Positions 8,113 through 17,084 of a DNA stretch of 31,728 nucleotides are shown piece after piece; the first letter of the stretch is position 1, and every line of letters starts with the position of its first letter. The stretch comes from an uncultured Bacteroidota bacterium (GTDB lineage: Bacteria > Bacteroidota > Rhodothermia > Rhodothermales > UBA10348). The position numbers and the translations under genes were made by a program. The notes beneath the pieces were generated by a model that was not told where the DNA came from, ran no database searches, and saw nothing but the letters and a program-made list of their open reading frames with translations. The stretch covers positions 1 through 31,728 of the forward strand of contig CALBJU010000274.1 in assembly GCA_937893205.1 (NCBI GenBank), read 5' to 3'.

Positions 8113-10656
8113 ATGAACCAGCTCATCCTATTCGTAATTGTTCTGATTGGCTTGACCGGGTGTCGCGAATCCGATCAAATCATAGAGAAGCAGCTCGTTT
8201 TCGATCGATACGACTGGTGGGATAATCGCGATTGGGACTGGTATTCTGAAAACATTCCTTTCATCGAAACGCCAGACCCTCAGATCGATGAAGTCTATTA
8301 CTATCGTTGGGAGGTTATGACCAAGCACCTCACCTACGGTTCGCCCGAAACAGGCTACACATTCACTGAATTTATCGACCGGCCGTTCTGGTCGGGTACC
8401 TATGGCGGGATCGCCTGTCCCCTGGGACATCAGCTTTCTGAAGTACGCTGGCTGAAAAATAGCCGCATCATCGATGACTTTTCACGGTACTGGATCGACA
8501 CAGAGGGCGCGCGGCCCCGAAATTACTCAAACTGGTATGGAGCAGGGCTCTGGCAGATCCATGAGGTCCGGGGTGACGAGGCGTGGATTACGTCTATGCT
8601 TCCGTACATGGAAAAACAGCTGGCGGGATGGTTCAATGTGCACTTTGATCCGGATCATGGTCTCTTTTATCGGACGGGCCACGACGATGGAATGGAAGTC
8701 AACATCAACAGCCGCCAGGCCGAAGATAACTGGGTGGTAGAAGGATATCGACCAACGCTCAACTCATACTTGTATGGCGACCTCCTCGCCGCGTCCCAAA
8801 CTGCGCTGTTAGCAGGCGAAGACGATATAGCGGCTGATTACTCGAACCGGGCAACCCTCTTGAAAACTCGGGTGCTCGAAGAGCTCTGGGACGATCGCCG
8901 CCAGTTCTTCCTACACCAGTGGGTGGATGACCATCCTCCTGGAATTGAGGCTAAGTCTCGGACCTATGAAACGGGACCGTTTGTGGGTGATGAGCACGGG
9001 CGAGAGCTGATAGGCTATGTCCCGTGGCAGTTCAATCTTCCGGACCCCGAGCATGCTGTCGCTTGGAAATATCTGATGGATCCCAACTATTTCTTTGCTC
9101 CATTCGGACCGACAACAACGGAACAGAACGATCCGCAGTTTTACGTGTCACCGAATTGCTGCGTGTGGAGCGGTCAATCGTGGCCGTACGCCACCACACA
9201 GACCCTCGTGGCGATGGCAAATCTGCTCAACGACTATGAACAGGATGAAGTGGATGTAACTGACTATGTCAAACTGCTCGGTATTTACACGCGCACGCAG
9301 TACAAAGATGGCCGCCCCTACATTGCGGAATCGGCCAATCCATTCGACGGATCCTGGTTCGGAAGCGACATGCCCAACCACAGCGAGCACTATTTACATT
9401 CCGGCTACGTCGATCTGATCCTGGGTGGACTTCTAGGGATTCGTGCCACAGCTGGAGATTCGCTGCGGATCAATCCACTCGTCCCGCACGACTGGGATTA
9501 TTTTTCGGTAGAGGGCGTCTCTTATCATGGTCACGAACTGTCGCTGGTTTGGGACCGGGACGGAACGCGCTATAACCGGGGCGCCGGGTTCACGGTCCTG
9601 CTTGATGGTAAAACGGTTCTGAATCGGCCTGATCTGGCAGACATTCAGGTGAGCATTCCACCAACTCGGGCCTCCATGGCATTCGAGCGCCCTCATAATG
9701 TTGCAGTCAATAACGGGCGACGCTTCCCTGAAATCACCGCATCCTACTCGCATCCGTCGACGCCAGTCTTCTACGCAAACGACGGTGGCATATGGTACCA
9801 TGATGTTCCGATAAACCGTTGGACTACACTTGATTCACCAAACCCACAAGATTGGATTGCGGTTGATTTCGGCGTGGTTGGACCCGAATCAAAGCAGACA
9901 GTGTCAGAAGTCAAACTGTATTTTATCGATGACGATGCCTCGCTTGCGCCACCGGCAGCCTACACTGTCGAGGCCCTGATCGAAGGGCAGTGGACCGAAA
10001 TCAGCGAACACTCTCGACACCCGGAGCATCCCGTGGCGAGGCGGGCCAACACGATCTCTTTTGAGCCTCTCGATGTGGAGGGTATCCGGGTCATCTTCAC
10101 CCACGCAGAGAACAGTTTCACCGGACTCTCCGAAATCGAAGTTTGGACGCCCTCGGGTGCACGGATTGTCTCACCTACCGGACAGCCTCGGAATCTTGCC
10201 CTGAATCCGGACCGCAGGCCTTTTCCCCGTGTCTCTGCCTCGTACGCCCTGAATCAGGATGAGCTGGGTGTTTTGATTGACGGCTCATTCGGCCTGACGA
10301 CCTACCAGGCTAATCGCTGGACGGCGAACAATACACCAAATTCGGAGGACTGGGTGCAGATTGAATTCGATGGCCCCAAAACCATTTCGAGAGTTGATGC
10401 CTACTTATGGGGCGACTCCGCTCGCTACTTGGGCCGTATAGACAGCACTGTTTCGGCACCGCGCGGGCTCAGGGTGAGCGTGCTCAGCGAGGGAGAATGG
10501 ATGTCGGTTAATAATCCTTTAAGCGTTCCCGAAATTCCGCTGTCCATGGCCAGAAATACGCTGCATTTTGATCCGGTCGAAACCGCGATGATACGAGTGT
10601 ATTTTGAACACAATCTTCCTTCTGTTTCCGGCGCGACAGAGATTCAGGTCTGGTAA
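8113..10656 (+). CDS. MGH1-like / GH63-related (alpha/alpha)6 glycoside hydrolase lipoprotein with C-terminal F5/8 type C (discoidin)-like domains
   Basis: Lipobox LTGC, NIPFIETPD...YYYRW, GHDDGME, RELIGYVPW, CCVWSGQSWPYATTQ, HSEHYLHSGY, INPLVP..WDYF. Two modules of the RWT...DWxxxxF...EIxVW type follow. Start at the ATG at 8113. Confidence 0.85.
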   Translation: MNQLILFVIVLIGLTGCRESDQIIEKQLVFDRYDWWDNRDWDWYSENIPFIETPDPQIDEVYYYRWEVMTKHLTYGSPETGYTFTEFIDRPFWSGTYGGIACPLGHQLSEVRWLKNSRIIDDFSRYWIDTEGARPRNYSNWYGAGLWQIHEVRGDEAWITSMLPYMEKQLAGWFNVHFDPDHGLFYRTGHDDGMEVNINSRQAEDNWVVEGYRPTLNSYLYGDLLAASQTALLAGEDDIAADYSNRATLLKTRVLEELWDDRRQFFLHQWVDDHPPGIEAKSRTYETGPFVGDEHGRELIGYVPWQFNLPDPEHAVAWKYLMDPNYFFAPFGPTTTEQNDPQFYVSPNCCVWSGQSWPYATTQTLVAMANLLNDYEQDEVDVTDYVKLLGIYTRTQYKDGRPYIAESANPFDGSWFGSDMPNHSEHYLHSGYVDLILGGLLGIRATAGDSLRINPLVPHDWDYFSVEGVSYHGHELSLVWDRDGTRYNRGAGFTVLLDGKTVLNRPDLADIQVSIPPTRASMAFERPHNVAVNNGRRFPEITASYSHPSTPVFYANDGGIWYHDVPINRWTTLDSPNPQDWIAVDFGVVGPESKQTVSEVKLYFIDDDASLAPPAAYTVEALIEGQWTEISEHSRHPEHPVARRANTISFEPLDVEGIRVIFTHAENSFTGLSEIEVWTPSGARIVSPTGQPRNLALNPDRRPFPRVSASYALNQDELGVLIDGSFGLTTYQANRWTANNTPNSEDWVQIEFDGPKTISRVDAYLWGDSARYLGRIDSTVSAPRGLRVSVLSEGEWMSVNNPLSVPEIPLSMARNTLHFDPVETAMIRVYFEHNLPSVSGATEIQVW

Positions 10657-10692
10657 AGTTGTAAAGGGTCTTTCACGGCCCATAAAAACCCT

Positions 10693-11123
10693 ATGCAGCT
10701 AACAACGCTGGATCTGTTCGCTTTCGTCTCGTTTATCCTTTTCGTAATAGGGGTCTCACTCTACGCCGGACGGAAAGAGGAGACCGATGAGGATTATTTT
10801 CTGGCCGGGCGAAATCTATCGTGGTGGCTCATTGGATTTTCTCTGATCGCGTCCAATATTTCCACCGAGCACTTCGTCGGGATGGCCGGACGTGGCTATG
10901 AACTCGGACTTGCGATTGCCTCCTACGAGTGGATGGCCGCCGTTACGCTCGTCATTGTGGCCCTCTTTTTTCTGCCGCGTTTCTTGCGCGCTGGCATTTT
11001 ACCATCCCCGAATATCTCGAGTATCGATACAGCGTGGCGGCTCGGACCCTTATGGCCCTCCTCATGATGGTGATCTATATTTTTGTTGCGCTGGCTGCCG
11101 TCCTCTATTCGGGTGCACTGGCG
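10693..11123 (+). pseudogene. Sodium:solute symporter (SSS, vSGLT-like), 5' fragment with a frameshift
   Basis: DYFLAGRNLSWWLIGFSLIASNISTEHFVGMAG and AIASYEWMAA motifs. The frame shifts at the T4 run 10997-11000 (adding one T gives AGI-FTIPEYLEYRY). Homology ends at LYSGALA after ~144 codons, whereas the family is normally ~500 aa or more. Confidence 0.88.
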
Positions 11124-11188
11124 AGGCCCGTACCAAGAAAAACAATGACTGATATGACGACAAATCGAGGGAAAGTAGAGGTCTGCAT
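11105..11188 (-). pseudogene. 5' remnant of a secreted protein (signal peptide only)
   Basis: The ATG at 11188 gives MQTSTFPRFVVISVIVFLGTGLA (basic n-region, hydrophobic core, small residues). It then runs into antisense SSS sequence and stops at 11105. Confidence 0.45.
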
Positions 11189-11237
11189 GGCGGCGTTATT
11201 ATAATTTAACTGGGGAAGTGTAACCGATAATCATAGA

Positions 11238-11269
11238 TGGGTCTGTATCTGGGTCTGTATCTGGGTCTG
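11238..11269. repeat. 12-bp tandem repeat (TGGGTCTGTATC x2.7)
   Basis: TGGGTCTGTATC TGGGTCTGTATC TGGGTCTG read directly. Confidence 0.85.
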
Positions 11270-11478
11270 GTCGCGGTAGTTGAAAAATGATAGGTGAGTG
11301 GGCGGTAGCTCTGCTGGACGATCACCAACCTGGGAATATGATCGGAATTTCTCTGCAGATACTCAAAATAATCTGTCAGGAAGCAGAAAGGACTAAATTA
11401 CATAGCCTGTCATTCACGTTTGCGAGAGCGCCACGCTCGTATTATTCTTCGCCCAGTAACACCAGACAGGGTATCATT

Positions 11479-12339
11479 TTGATCACAAAACGTATTTCTA
11501 CCGATCAAATCCTCGCCAATCTTAAGGCGAAAGTAGATCAGCGTATTCCGATAATGATTTCTTCAGCTGGAAGCGGGTTGGTAGCCAAATTGCTGGAAAA
11601 ATGTGGTACGGACTGCGTGAACACGTTTTCGGGTGCACGACTGCGCGGCAATGGCATGGGCACGATGGCCATGATGTGGCCCATTCTGGATTCGAATCGA
11701 CAAACGCTCGATTACACCCGCGAGGACATAATGCCCGCGATGGAGGGCAAAGCCTTCGTGTGCGCGTGCCTCAATGCGAATGATCCACTGAAAGACATGC
11801 GCATGGTGTTGCAGGAGTGTAAAGACATGGGCGTCCAGTCTGTCTCCAATATCGGCCCCTCCATTTCATATGTCGATCATGATTCGGAGATCTATAAGGT
11901 GCTGACATCCGCCGGTATCACGCTGCAGAACGAAATTGACATGCTGAAGCTGGCAAGGGAAGAGATGGATATGGTTACGATCGGACTGGGCTTCACGCTC
12001 GAAGACTCGATCGCAGTCTGCGAGAAGGCCAGACCTCACATTTTCTGTTACCACGCTGGCACTACGAAAGGGGGGCTGAAGGGTTATGACAGCGGTTTGA
12101 CCATTGAGCAAACTGCCGAGCAGACAGAGTATGCCTACCAGAAGTGTCGGGAAGTCCACCCGGACGTGATTCTGATTGCTCATGGCGCTGCGATGGAGAA
12201 TCCGGCTGATGCTCAGTACATGTTGGACAATACGTCGGGCCATGGATTCTGGACCGGGTCCTCGACCGAGCGTTTGCCCATCGAGCGGGCGGTCACCGAG
12301 GCCGCATCAGAGTTCGCCAGCCTGCGTTTCTCCAATTAA
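11479..12339 (+). CDS. TIM-barrel signal-transduction / phosphoenolpyruvate-hydrolase-like family protein (divergent)
   Basis: ILANLKAKV..RIPIMISSAGSGLVAK, ANDPLKDM, CYHAGTTKGG, LIAHGAAM and GSSTERLPIERAV match the family pattern, and the gene is adjacent to a Tm-1-like gene. The TTG start at 11479 was chosen by family length (~286 aa) and is uncertain. Confidence 0.85.
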   Translation: MITKRISTDQILANLKAKVDQRIPIMISSAGSGLVAKLLEKCGTDCVNTFSGARLRGNGMGTMAMMWPILDSNRQTLDYTREDIMPAMEGKAFVCACLNANDPLKDMRMVLQECKDMGVQSVSNIGPSISYVDHDSEIYKVLTSAGITLQNEIDMLKLAREEMDMVTIGLGFTLEDSIAVCEKARPHIFCYHAGTTKGGLKGYDSGLTIEQTAEQTEYAYQKCREVHPDVILIAHGAAMENPADAQYMLDNTSGHGFWTGSSTERLPIERAVTEAASEFASLRFSN

Positions 12340-12372
12340 TCTGCTTTTCTCAAATTAACCCAGGCGCGAAGA

Positions 12373-13590
12373 ATGAAAACCATCGCGATTTTAGCCACGC
12401 TCGACACGAAAGCCGCAGAAGCCGACTTCATGCGGAGCGAAATCGAGGCTCTGGGTGGAGAAGCCATGCTCATCGACATCGGGGTCATTGGTGAGCCGGG
12501 GGTAGTAGCGGATGTGTCCAGGGAAGAAATCATCGAAGCGGGGGGTGGTTCACTGGCGGAATTGCTCGACAATCCGAGCCGTGCGAAGGCCAGCCCATTT
12601 GTGATAGCCGGCGCGACGAAAACGATGCTAAAGCTCCAGGAATCCGGCGCCATTGATGCCGTCGTAACGCTTGGTGGAACGCAGGGGACATCCACCTGCG
12701 CGCCCGTCCTACAGGCGCTTCCGTACGGATTTCCCAAGGTGATGCTCTCAACGGCAGCATCCGGAGATACGTCGCCGTTTGTTGGAATCAAGGACATCAC
12801 CATGATGTTCGCCGTGAGCGATATTCTTGGTCTTAACGTGTTCTCCCGCAAAATATTAGCGAATGCTGCGGCGTGCGCCTGGGGTATGGCCCAGGTTGAG
12901 AGAAGCATAACCAGATCGACTGCCAAGGGAGTCATAGGAATGACCAATCTGGGTGTGTTGACCCAGGGAGCGATGCACGCGCTGACCGTATTCGAGGCCG
13001 CTGGATATGAGGTGATCACCTTCCACGCCATTGGAGCGGGTGGAGAGGCCATGGAGCAGATGATGAAAGAGGGTATCATCACTGCAGTCTTTGATTATGC
13101 GATGGGTGAAATAGCTGATGGAGTATATGGAGTGCTCCGCGCCTCAGGACCCGAACGGCTTACCGTGGCTGGCAAACTTGGACTGCCCCAGGTTATCTGT
13201 CCAGGAGGCTCCGAACATCTCGGTATTCTTGTCAGTGAGCCCAACAAGGTCCCCGACGGCTGGGACGACCACCAAATTGTCTGGCACTCACCATTCGTTT
13301 TCGTTCCGCGCTTGAATGCAGATCAGCAGGCCCGTGTAGCGGAAGCAATCGGCGAGCGGCTCGAACACACGACGGGGAATGCCGTTTTTCTGATGCCGTT
13401 GAAAGGAGTGAGCAGTTACTCGGCAAAGGGTGGTGCCCTCTATAATCCGGAACTGGACCAGATCTACTGGGACTTGCTACAGCGTAATCTTCCTGATACG
13501 ATAACGGTCGAAGCACTCGATTATAATGCCGAGGACCCGGCCTTTGTCGAATACGCGGCCGAAAAATTGATAGAGATGATCGAGGCCTGA
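12373..13590 (+). CDS. Tm-1-like ATP-binding domain protein (UPF0261)
   Basis: MKTIAILATLDTKAAE, GGTQGT, LPYGFPKVMLST, DITMMFAVSDILGLN, FHAIGAGGEAME and PQVICPGG; 405 aa. Confidence 0.92.
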   Translation: MKTIAILATLDTKAAEADFMRSEIEALGGEAMLIDIGVIGEPGVVADVSREEIIEAGGGSLAELLDNPSRAKASPFVIAGATKTMLKLQESGAIDAVVTLGGTQGTSTCAPVLQALPYGFPKVMLSTAASGDTSPFVGIKDITMMFAVSDILGLNVFSRKILANAAACAWGMAQVERSITRSTAKGVIGMTNLGVLTQGAMHALTVFEAAGYEVITFHAIGAGGEAMEQMMKEGIITAVFDYAMGEIADGVYGVLRASGPERLTVAGKLGLPQVICPGGSEHLGILVSEPNKVPDGWDDHQIVWHSPFVFVPRLNADQQARVAEAIGERLEHTTGNAVFLMPLKGVSSYSAKGGALYNPELDQIYWDLLQRNLPDTITVEALDYNAEDPAFVEYAAEKLIEMIEA

Positions 13591-13599
13591 GGAGTCCCC

Positions 13600-14220
13600 T
13601 CAGACTTTTTCCGGTCGAAACAGGCGATCGCAGCAGTTCAGCAGGATGGACGCGGCGTGTCCAAGGCTGTTTCCGTAGGCCATTACGCCGTCTTCGTGGC
13701 CACCCATGATGACGAGTTGTTTTGAGGGTCGCTCTTTCGCGGTAAGCAGCCTGATGATCTCGTACGCCATTTCCGGAGTTCCGTAGGTGATGTGTGGCGA
13801 TGTGGTAGGCAACTCATTGCAGTACGTATTCCAGAGGTACGCGTTGTGGATGTGAATCACAGCGCCAATGGATCTCGATGCGGTGTAGAAGGCCGCATGG
13901 CTCATCGTCTCGGAGGACGCCGTGATGGGACCGATACACGACACGCGGTTTTCTTCAAAATTGTAGTCCAGTATTCGGGTGAAATGCTCCCGCCCGAGTT
14001 CCCGGACGTTTCCAGTCGAGGCCCCGGTGATGAGGAACTCACGCGGAGGATTGTCCCGTACGCTGATATTCCCGTATCCGACACCGTCGGGAAGGGCGCC
14101 GATCAGCCCGACCTTGTACATCTGCTGCCGCCACTCACTGAGCGTGCGGATCTTATGCCAACTCACGGGCGGACCCTCGGTCCAATCGGTGTTGAATTTG
14201 ATATATCCTTCGTCGTGCAT
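13600..14220 (-). CDS. Class II aldolase/adducin family protein
   Basis: DEGYIKF, GYGNISVR, FLITGAST, ASSETMSH, VIHIH and a distal GHEDG give the Glu plus three-His metal site of the class II aldolase fold. Start moved to the ATG at 14220. Confidence 0.88.
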   Translation of the reverse strand: MHDEGYIKFNTDWTEGPPVSWHKIRTLSEWRQQMYKVGLIGALPDGVGYGNISVRDNPPREFLITGASTGNVRELGREHFTRILDYNFEENRVSCIGPITASSETMSHAAFYTASRSIGAVIHIHNAYLWNTYCNELPTTSPHITYGTPEMAYEIIRLLTAKERPSKQLVIMGGHEDGVMAYGNSLGHAASILLNCCDRLFRPEKV

Positions 14221-14227
14221 CGGACGC

Positions 14228-15346
14228 CTAATCTCTTTTATCTGGAAGTAGCACATCCAGGCTGCGCATGATAGCAGTATTAATAAAGTACTTATCTCGA
14301 TGTATTTGAATCGAGGTCAGGATGCCAAGTTTTTCAAGCTGATTCAGGTAGCGGGAAGCCGTGACTCGCCCAGCGATTCCTGCGTCGACGAGATGGCCAA
14401 TCTTGCAATACGGGTGTTTAAATATGAGGTCGATAAGTTCTCGAGAGTAGCCAGATTTCATCCTGGTTCGAGAGAGATCCGCGGCTTCATCGATCGCCTT
14501 GTTAAGCTGGATAATTGAGGCAAGTGTCCACTTCGATGTTTCTCGAACCCCAGTTAAGATAAACGAGACCCATCCGGCCCAATCTCCTCGTTCAGTCACT
14601 GCTCGTAACCGCGTGTAGTACTCTGAGCGATGAAGAAGAATGTACCGGCTCAGGTAGAGTACTGGATGCTCTAAAAGTCCGCGTTGAATCAGATATAAAA
14701 CATTTAAAATGCGGCCGGTTCGCCCATTACCGTCATAAAATGGATGAATTGCTTCGAACTGGTAGTGTATCAGTGCTAGACAAATTACCGGATCTAATTC
14801 CTTGTTTTCATGGATAAAAACTTCGAGAGCAGCAAGTTTTTTGCGAATGAGAGCTTCACCGGAGGGAGGGGTGTAAATAATGGTGCCACTCTCAGGGTTG
14901 GAAATGACTGTGCCCATTTGCTGTCGAATACCAGCCTCCGTATTGCGAAGCTGTTGTTGGATGGATACCAACAAGTTTGTAGTGATCAGGCCATTTGCGT
15001 TCATCTTATCCATCCCCATCTTCATGGAGAGGCGATAGCGGAGAACTTCTTTTGCTGGTCCTGATCCTTCCCAACTTGACGAAATGCCACTCAGGGCATC
15101 TGCCTGGAAAAGCTCATCCTGCGTGGTTACGATGTTTTCGATTTCCGAAGAGTCTTTGCTCTCCTGAAGAGAAATCGTTTCCAGAAGAATATCCGGGTTT
15201 GGTAGCGTGCGGCACGTACCCTTCAACTCAGCCAGTGCAGTTCTGGCTTCAATGGTAAGCTGAATGATCTCGCGAGATTCGGAAAACGTAGAATCGGGCG
15301 GTAGATCAGGTAAGTCATTAAAGGGTTTTTCCGGTGCGAAGGTCAT
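14228..15346 (-). CDS. Fic family protein (class II type: N-terminal inhibitory motif, C-terminal wHTH)
   Basis: Canonical HPFYDGNGRTGRIL motif, inhibitory SSEIEN motif and an HTH-like C-terminus (RVTASRYLNQLEKLGIL). Start at the ATG at 15346. Confidence 0.93.
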   Translation of the reverse strand: MTFAPEKPFNDLPDLPPDSTFSESREIIQLTIEARTALAELKGTCRTLPNPDILLETISLQESKDSSEIENIVTTQDELFQADALSGISSSWEGSGPAKEVLRYRLSMKMGMDKMNANGLITTNLLVSIQQQLRNTEAGIRQQMGTVISNPESGTIIYTPPSGEALIRKKLAALEVFIHENKELDPVICLALIHYQFEAIHPFYDGNGRTGRILNVLYLIQRGLLEHPVLYLSRYILLHRSEYYTRLRAVTERGDWAGWVSFILTGVRETSKWTLASIIQLNKAIDEAADLSRTRMKSGYSRELIDLIFKHPYCKIGHLVDAGIAGRVTASRYLNQLEKLGILTSIQIHRDKYFINTAIMRSLDVLLPDKRD

Positions 15347-15371
15347 GCGCTTTCCGTGTACATGAGGCATA

Positions 15372-15408
15372 TGTCATGTACATAATAACGAAAAAAATAG
15401 ACATGACA
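15372..15408. promoter_or_regulatory. Inverted repeat TGTCATGT-N21-ACATGACA upstream of fic (candidate operator)
   Basis: A perfect 8-bp inverted repeat is read directly. Further ACATG/CATGT pentamers and the palindrome ATGTACAT (15376-15383) cluster here. Function is inferred only. Confidence 0.35.
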
Positions 15409-15423
15409 AACATTTGATCTTCA

Positions 15424-15453
15424 ATTCGATATGATTCGATATGATTCGATATG
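15424..15453. repeat. 10-bp tandem repeat ATTCGATATG x3
   Basis: Three perfect copies in the divergent fic/sulfatase intergenic region. Confidence 0.9.
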
Positions 15454-15578
15454 TATACGTTTGAACGAGCGAAAATAGCAGACAACTCCATGCTGGTTGG
15501 ACAGACGCCTCCTTATGATGACTTTCTGCTACTTTAGGAGCAAAATTGCCCACCATGTCAACTAAGCCCAATTCGATC

Positions 15579-17048
15579 ATGCACTATTTCTCGGTTCGGC
15601 GGACGCTGCCCGTCACGGTGTTATTGGTTCTCGCGCTCTCTGCCTGTCGTGTCGACCAAACGGTGGAGCGGCCCAATATTCTGTTTATTTTTTCAGATGA
15701 CCAGCGTGCAGATGCCGTCGGGGCGTATGGTAATCAGTTCGTCAGTACACCTTCGATAGATGAGCTTTCGCGCGTCGGATTCAATTTTCGAGAGGCGCAC
15801 ATCATGGGCTCCATTCATGGCGCCGTGTGCGCGCCGAGCCGGGCCATGTTGATGAGCGGCCGCAGCCTCTATCATGTTTATGACAAACTGGATACGGTTG
15901 CGACTTTTCCAGAACAACTACGAAACAGCGGATATGTGACGTTTGGAACGGGAAAATGGCATCAGAGTCGGGAATCGTTCGCCCGGAGCTTTTCAGATGG
16001 TAAAGACATCTTTTTTGGAGGAATGAGTGATCACGATGCCGCTCCGGTTCAGGACCTCCTGGCCGACGGGCAATTCACAGAGATTGTGCGCAAAGGATTT
16101 TCGACGGACGTGTTTGCCGACGCTGCGATCGACTTTATAGACCGGCATATGGAATCCGATACGACGGCGCCGTTCCTTGCATACGTCTCCTTTACCACAC
16201 CGCACGATCCTCGGACTCCGAAGCCGGAATTCATGACAATGAACCTGGAGGACCGACCGCCTCTTCCGCCCAATTATCTGCCCGTGCATCCTTTCCACAA
16301 TGGATGGATGACGGGTAGGGACGAACGGTTGGCTGCATGGCCCCGCCCTGCGGAAGATGTTCGTAGCCAACTGGCGGAGTATTACGGTCTGATAACCCAC
16401 ATGGACGCCCGGATCGGAGACTTGATCGATGCGCTCGAAAGCAACGGGCTCAGCGAGAACACCATCGTGATTTTTGCGGCCGACAACGGCCTCGCACTGG
16501 GCAGCCATGGTCTGCTGGGGAAACAGAGCCTTTATGAACACAGCACGCACGTTCCGCTGATTATTGCGGGTCCCGGCATTGAATCGGGCTCCTCAGATGC
16601 TCTGGTCGTGCTCTATGACCTGTTTCCGACCATTTCGACGATGACAGGGTTCGAAATGCCCAGCGGGGTCGATGGCCATGACCTTACTGATCTCATGAGA
16701 GGCGATTCTGATGGTCCGCGAGACGTTTTGTACACAACCTTTCAAAACATTCATCGCGCTGTGAGGGATGACCGGTGGAAACTGATCCGCTATCCACGAA
16801 TCGATCGCATCCAATTATTTGACCTGGAGAATGACCCGTTCGAAATGAATGATCTCTCGGCCGATACCGCGTACGCCGATCAGGTAAATCGCCTAATGGC
16901 GATCATGGTAGTGGAACACGAAGCCATGGACGACCCACATCCACTTTGGGTCGACTCCCTGGATTCGCAGGAGTTTGATTATTCAGCGATCAACAGGCGA
17001 CCCGATCGTCACCAACCCCAGTGGGTGATCGACAAATACTTTAATTAG
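15579..17048 (+). CDS. Formylglycine-dependent (Cys-type) sulfatase, lipoprotein
   Basis: Lipobox LSAC, RPNILFIFSDDQR, CAPSRAMLMSGR (CxPxR), GKWH, ADNG..GSHGLLGKQSLYE and QLFDLENDPFE. Confidence 0.93.
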   Translation: MHYFSVRRTLPVTVLLVLALSACRVDQTVERPNILFIFSDDQRADAVGAYGNQFVSTPSIDELSRVGFNFREAHIMGSIHGAVCAPSRAMLMSGRSLYHVYDKLDTVATFPEQLRNSGYVTFGTGKWHQSRESFARSFSDGKDIFFGGMSDHDAAPVQDLLADGQFTEIVRKGFSTDVFADAAIDFIDRHMESDTTAPFLAYVSFTTPHDPRTPKPEFMTMNLEDRPPLPPNYLPVHPFHNGWMTGRDERLAAWPRPAEDVRSQLAEYYGLITHMDARIGDLIDALESNGLSENTIVIFAADNGLALGSHGLLGKQSLYEHSTHVPLIIAGPGIESGSSDALVVLYDLFPTISTMTGFEMPSGVDGHDLTDLMRGDSDGPRDVLYTTFQNIHRAVRDDRWKLIRYPRIDRIQLFDLENDPFEMNDLSADTAYADQVNRLMAIMVVEHEAMDDPHPLWVDSLDSQEFDYSAINRRPDRHQPQWVIDKYFN

Positions 17049-17084
17049 TGGCGCGAGCGCGGACGTCGAGCTACGCGGCCGGTT

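Noticed and set aside
12336-13082. Long antisense or alternative-frame ORFs (also 6058-6783, 18530-19138, 19181-19870, 20471-21148, 28646-29242)
   Set aside because: They are shadows of well-supported genes and show no motifs; this is expected in GC-rich coding DNA.
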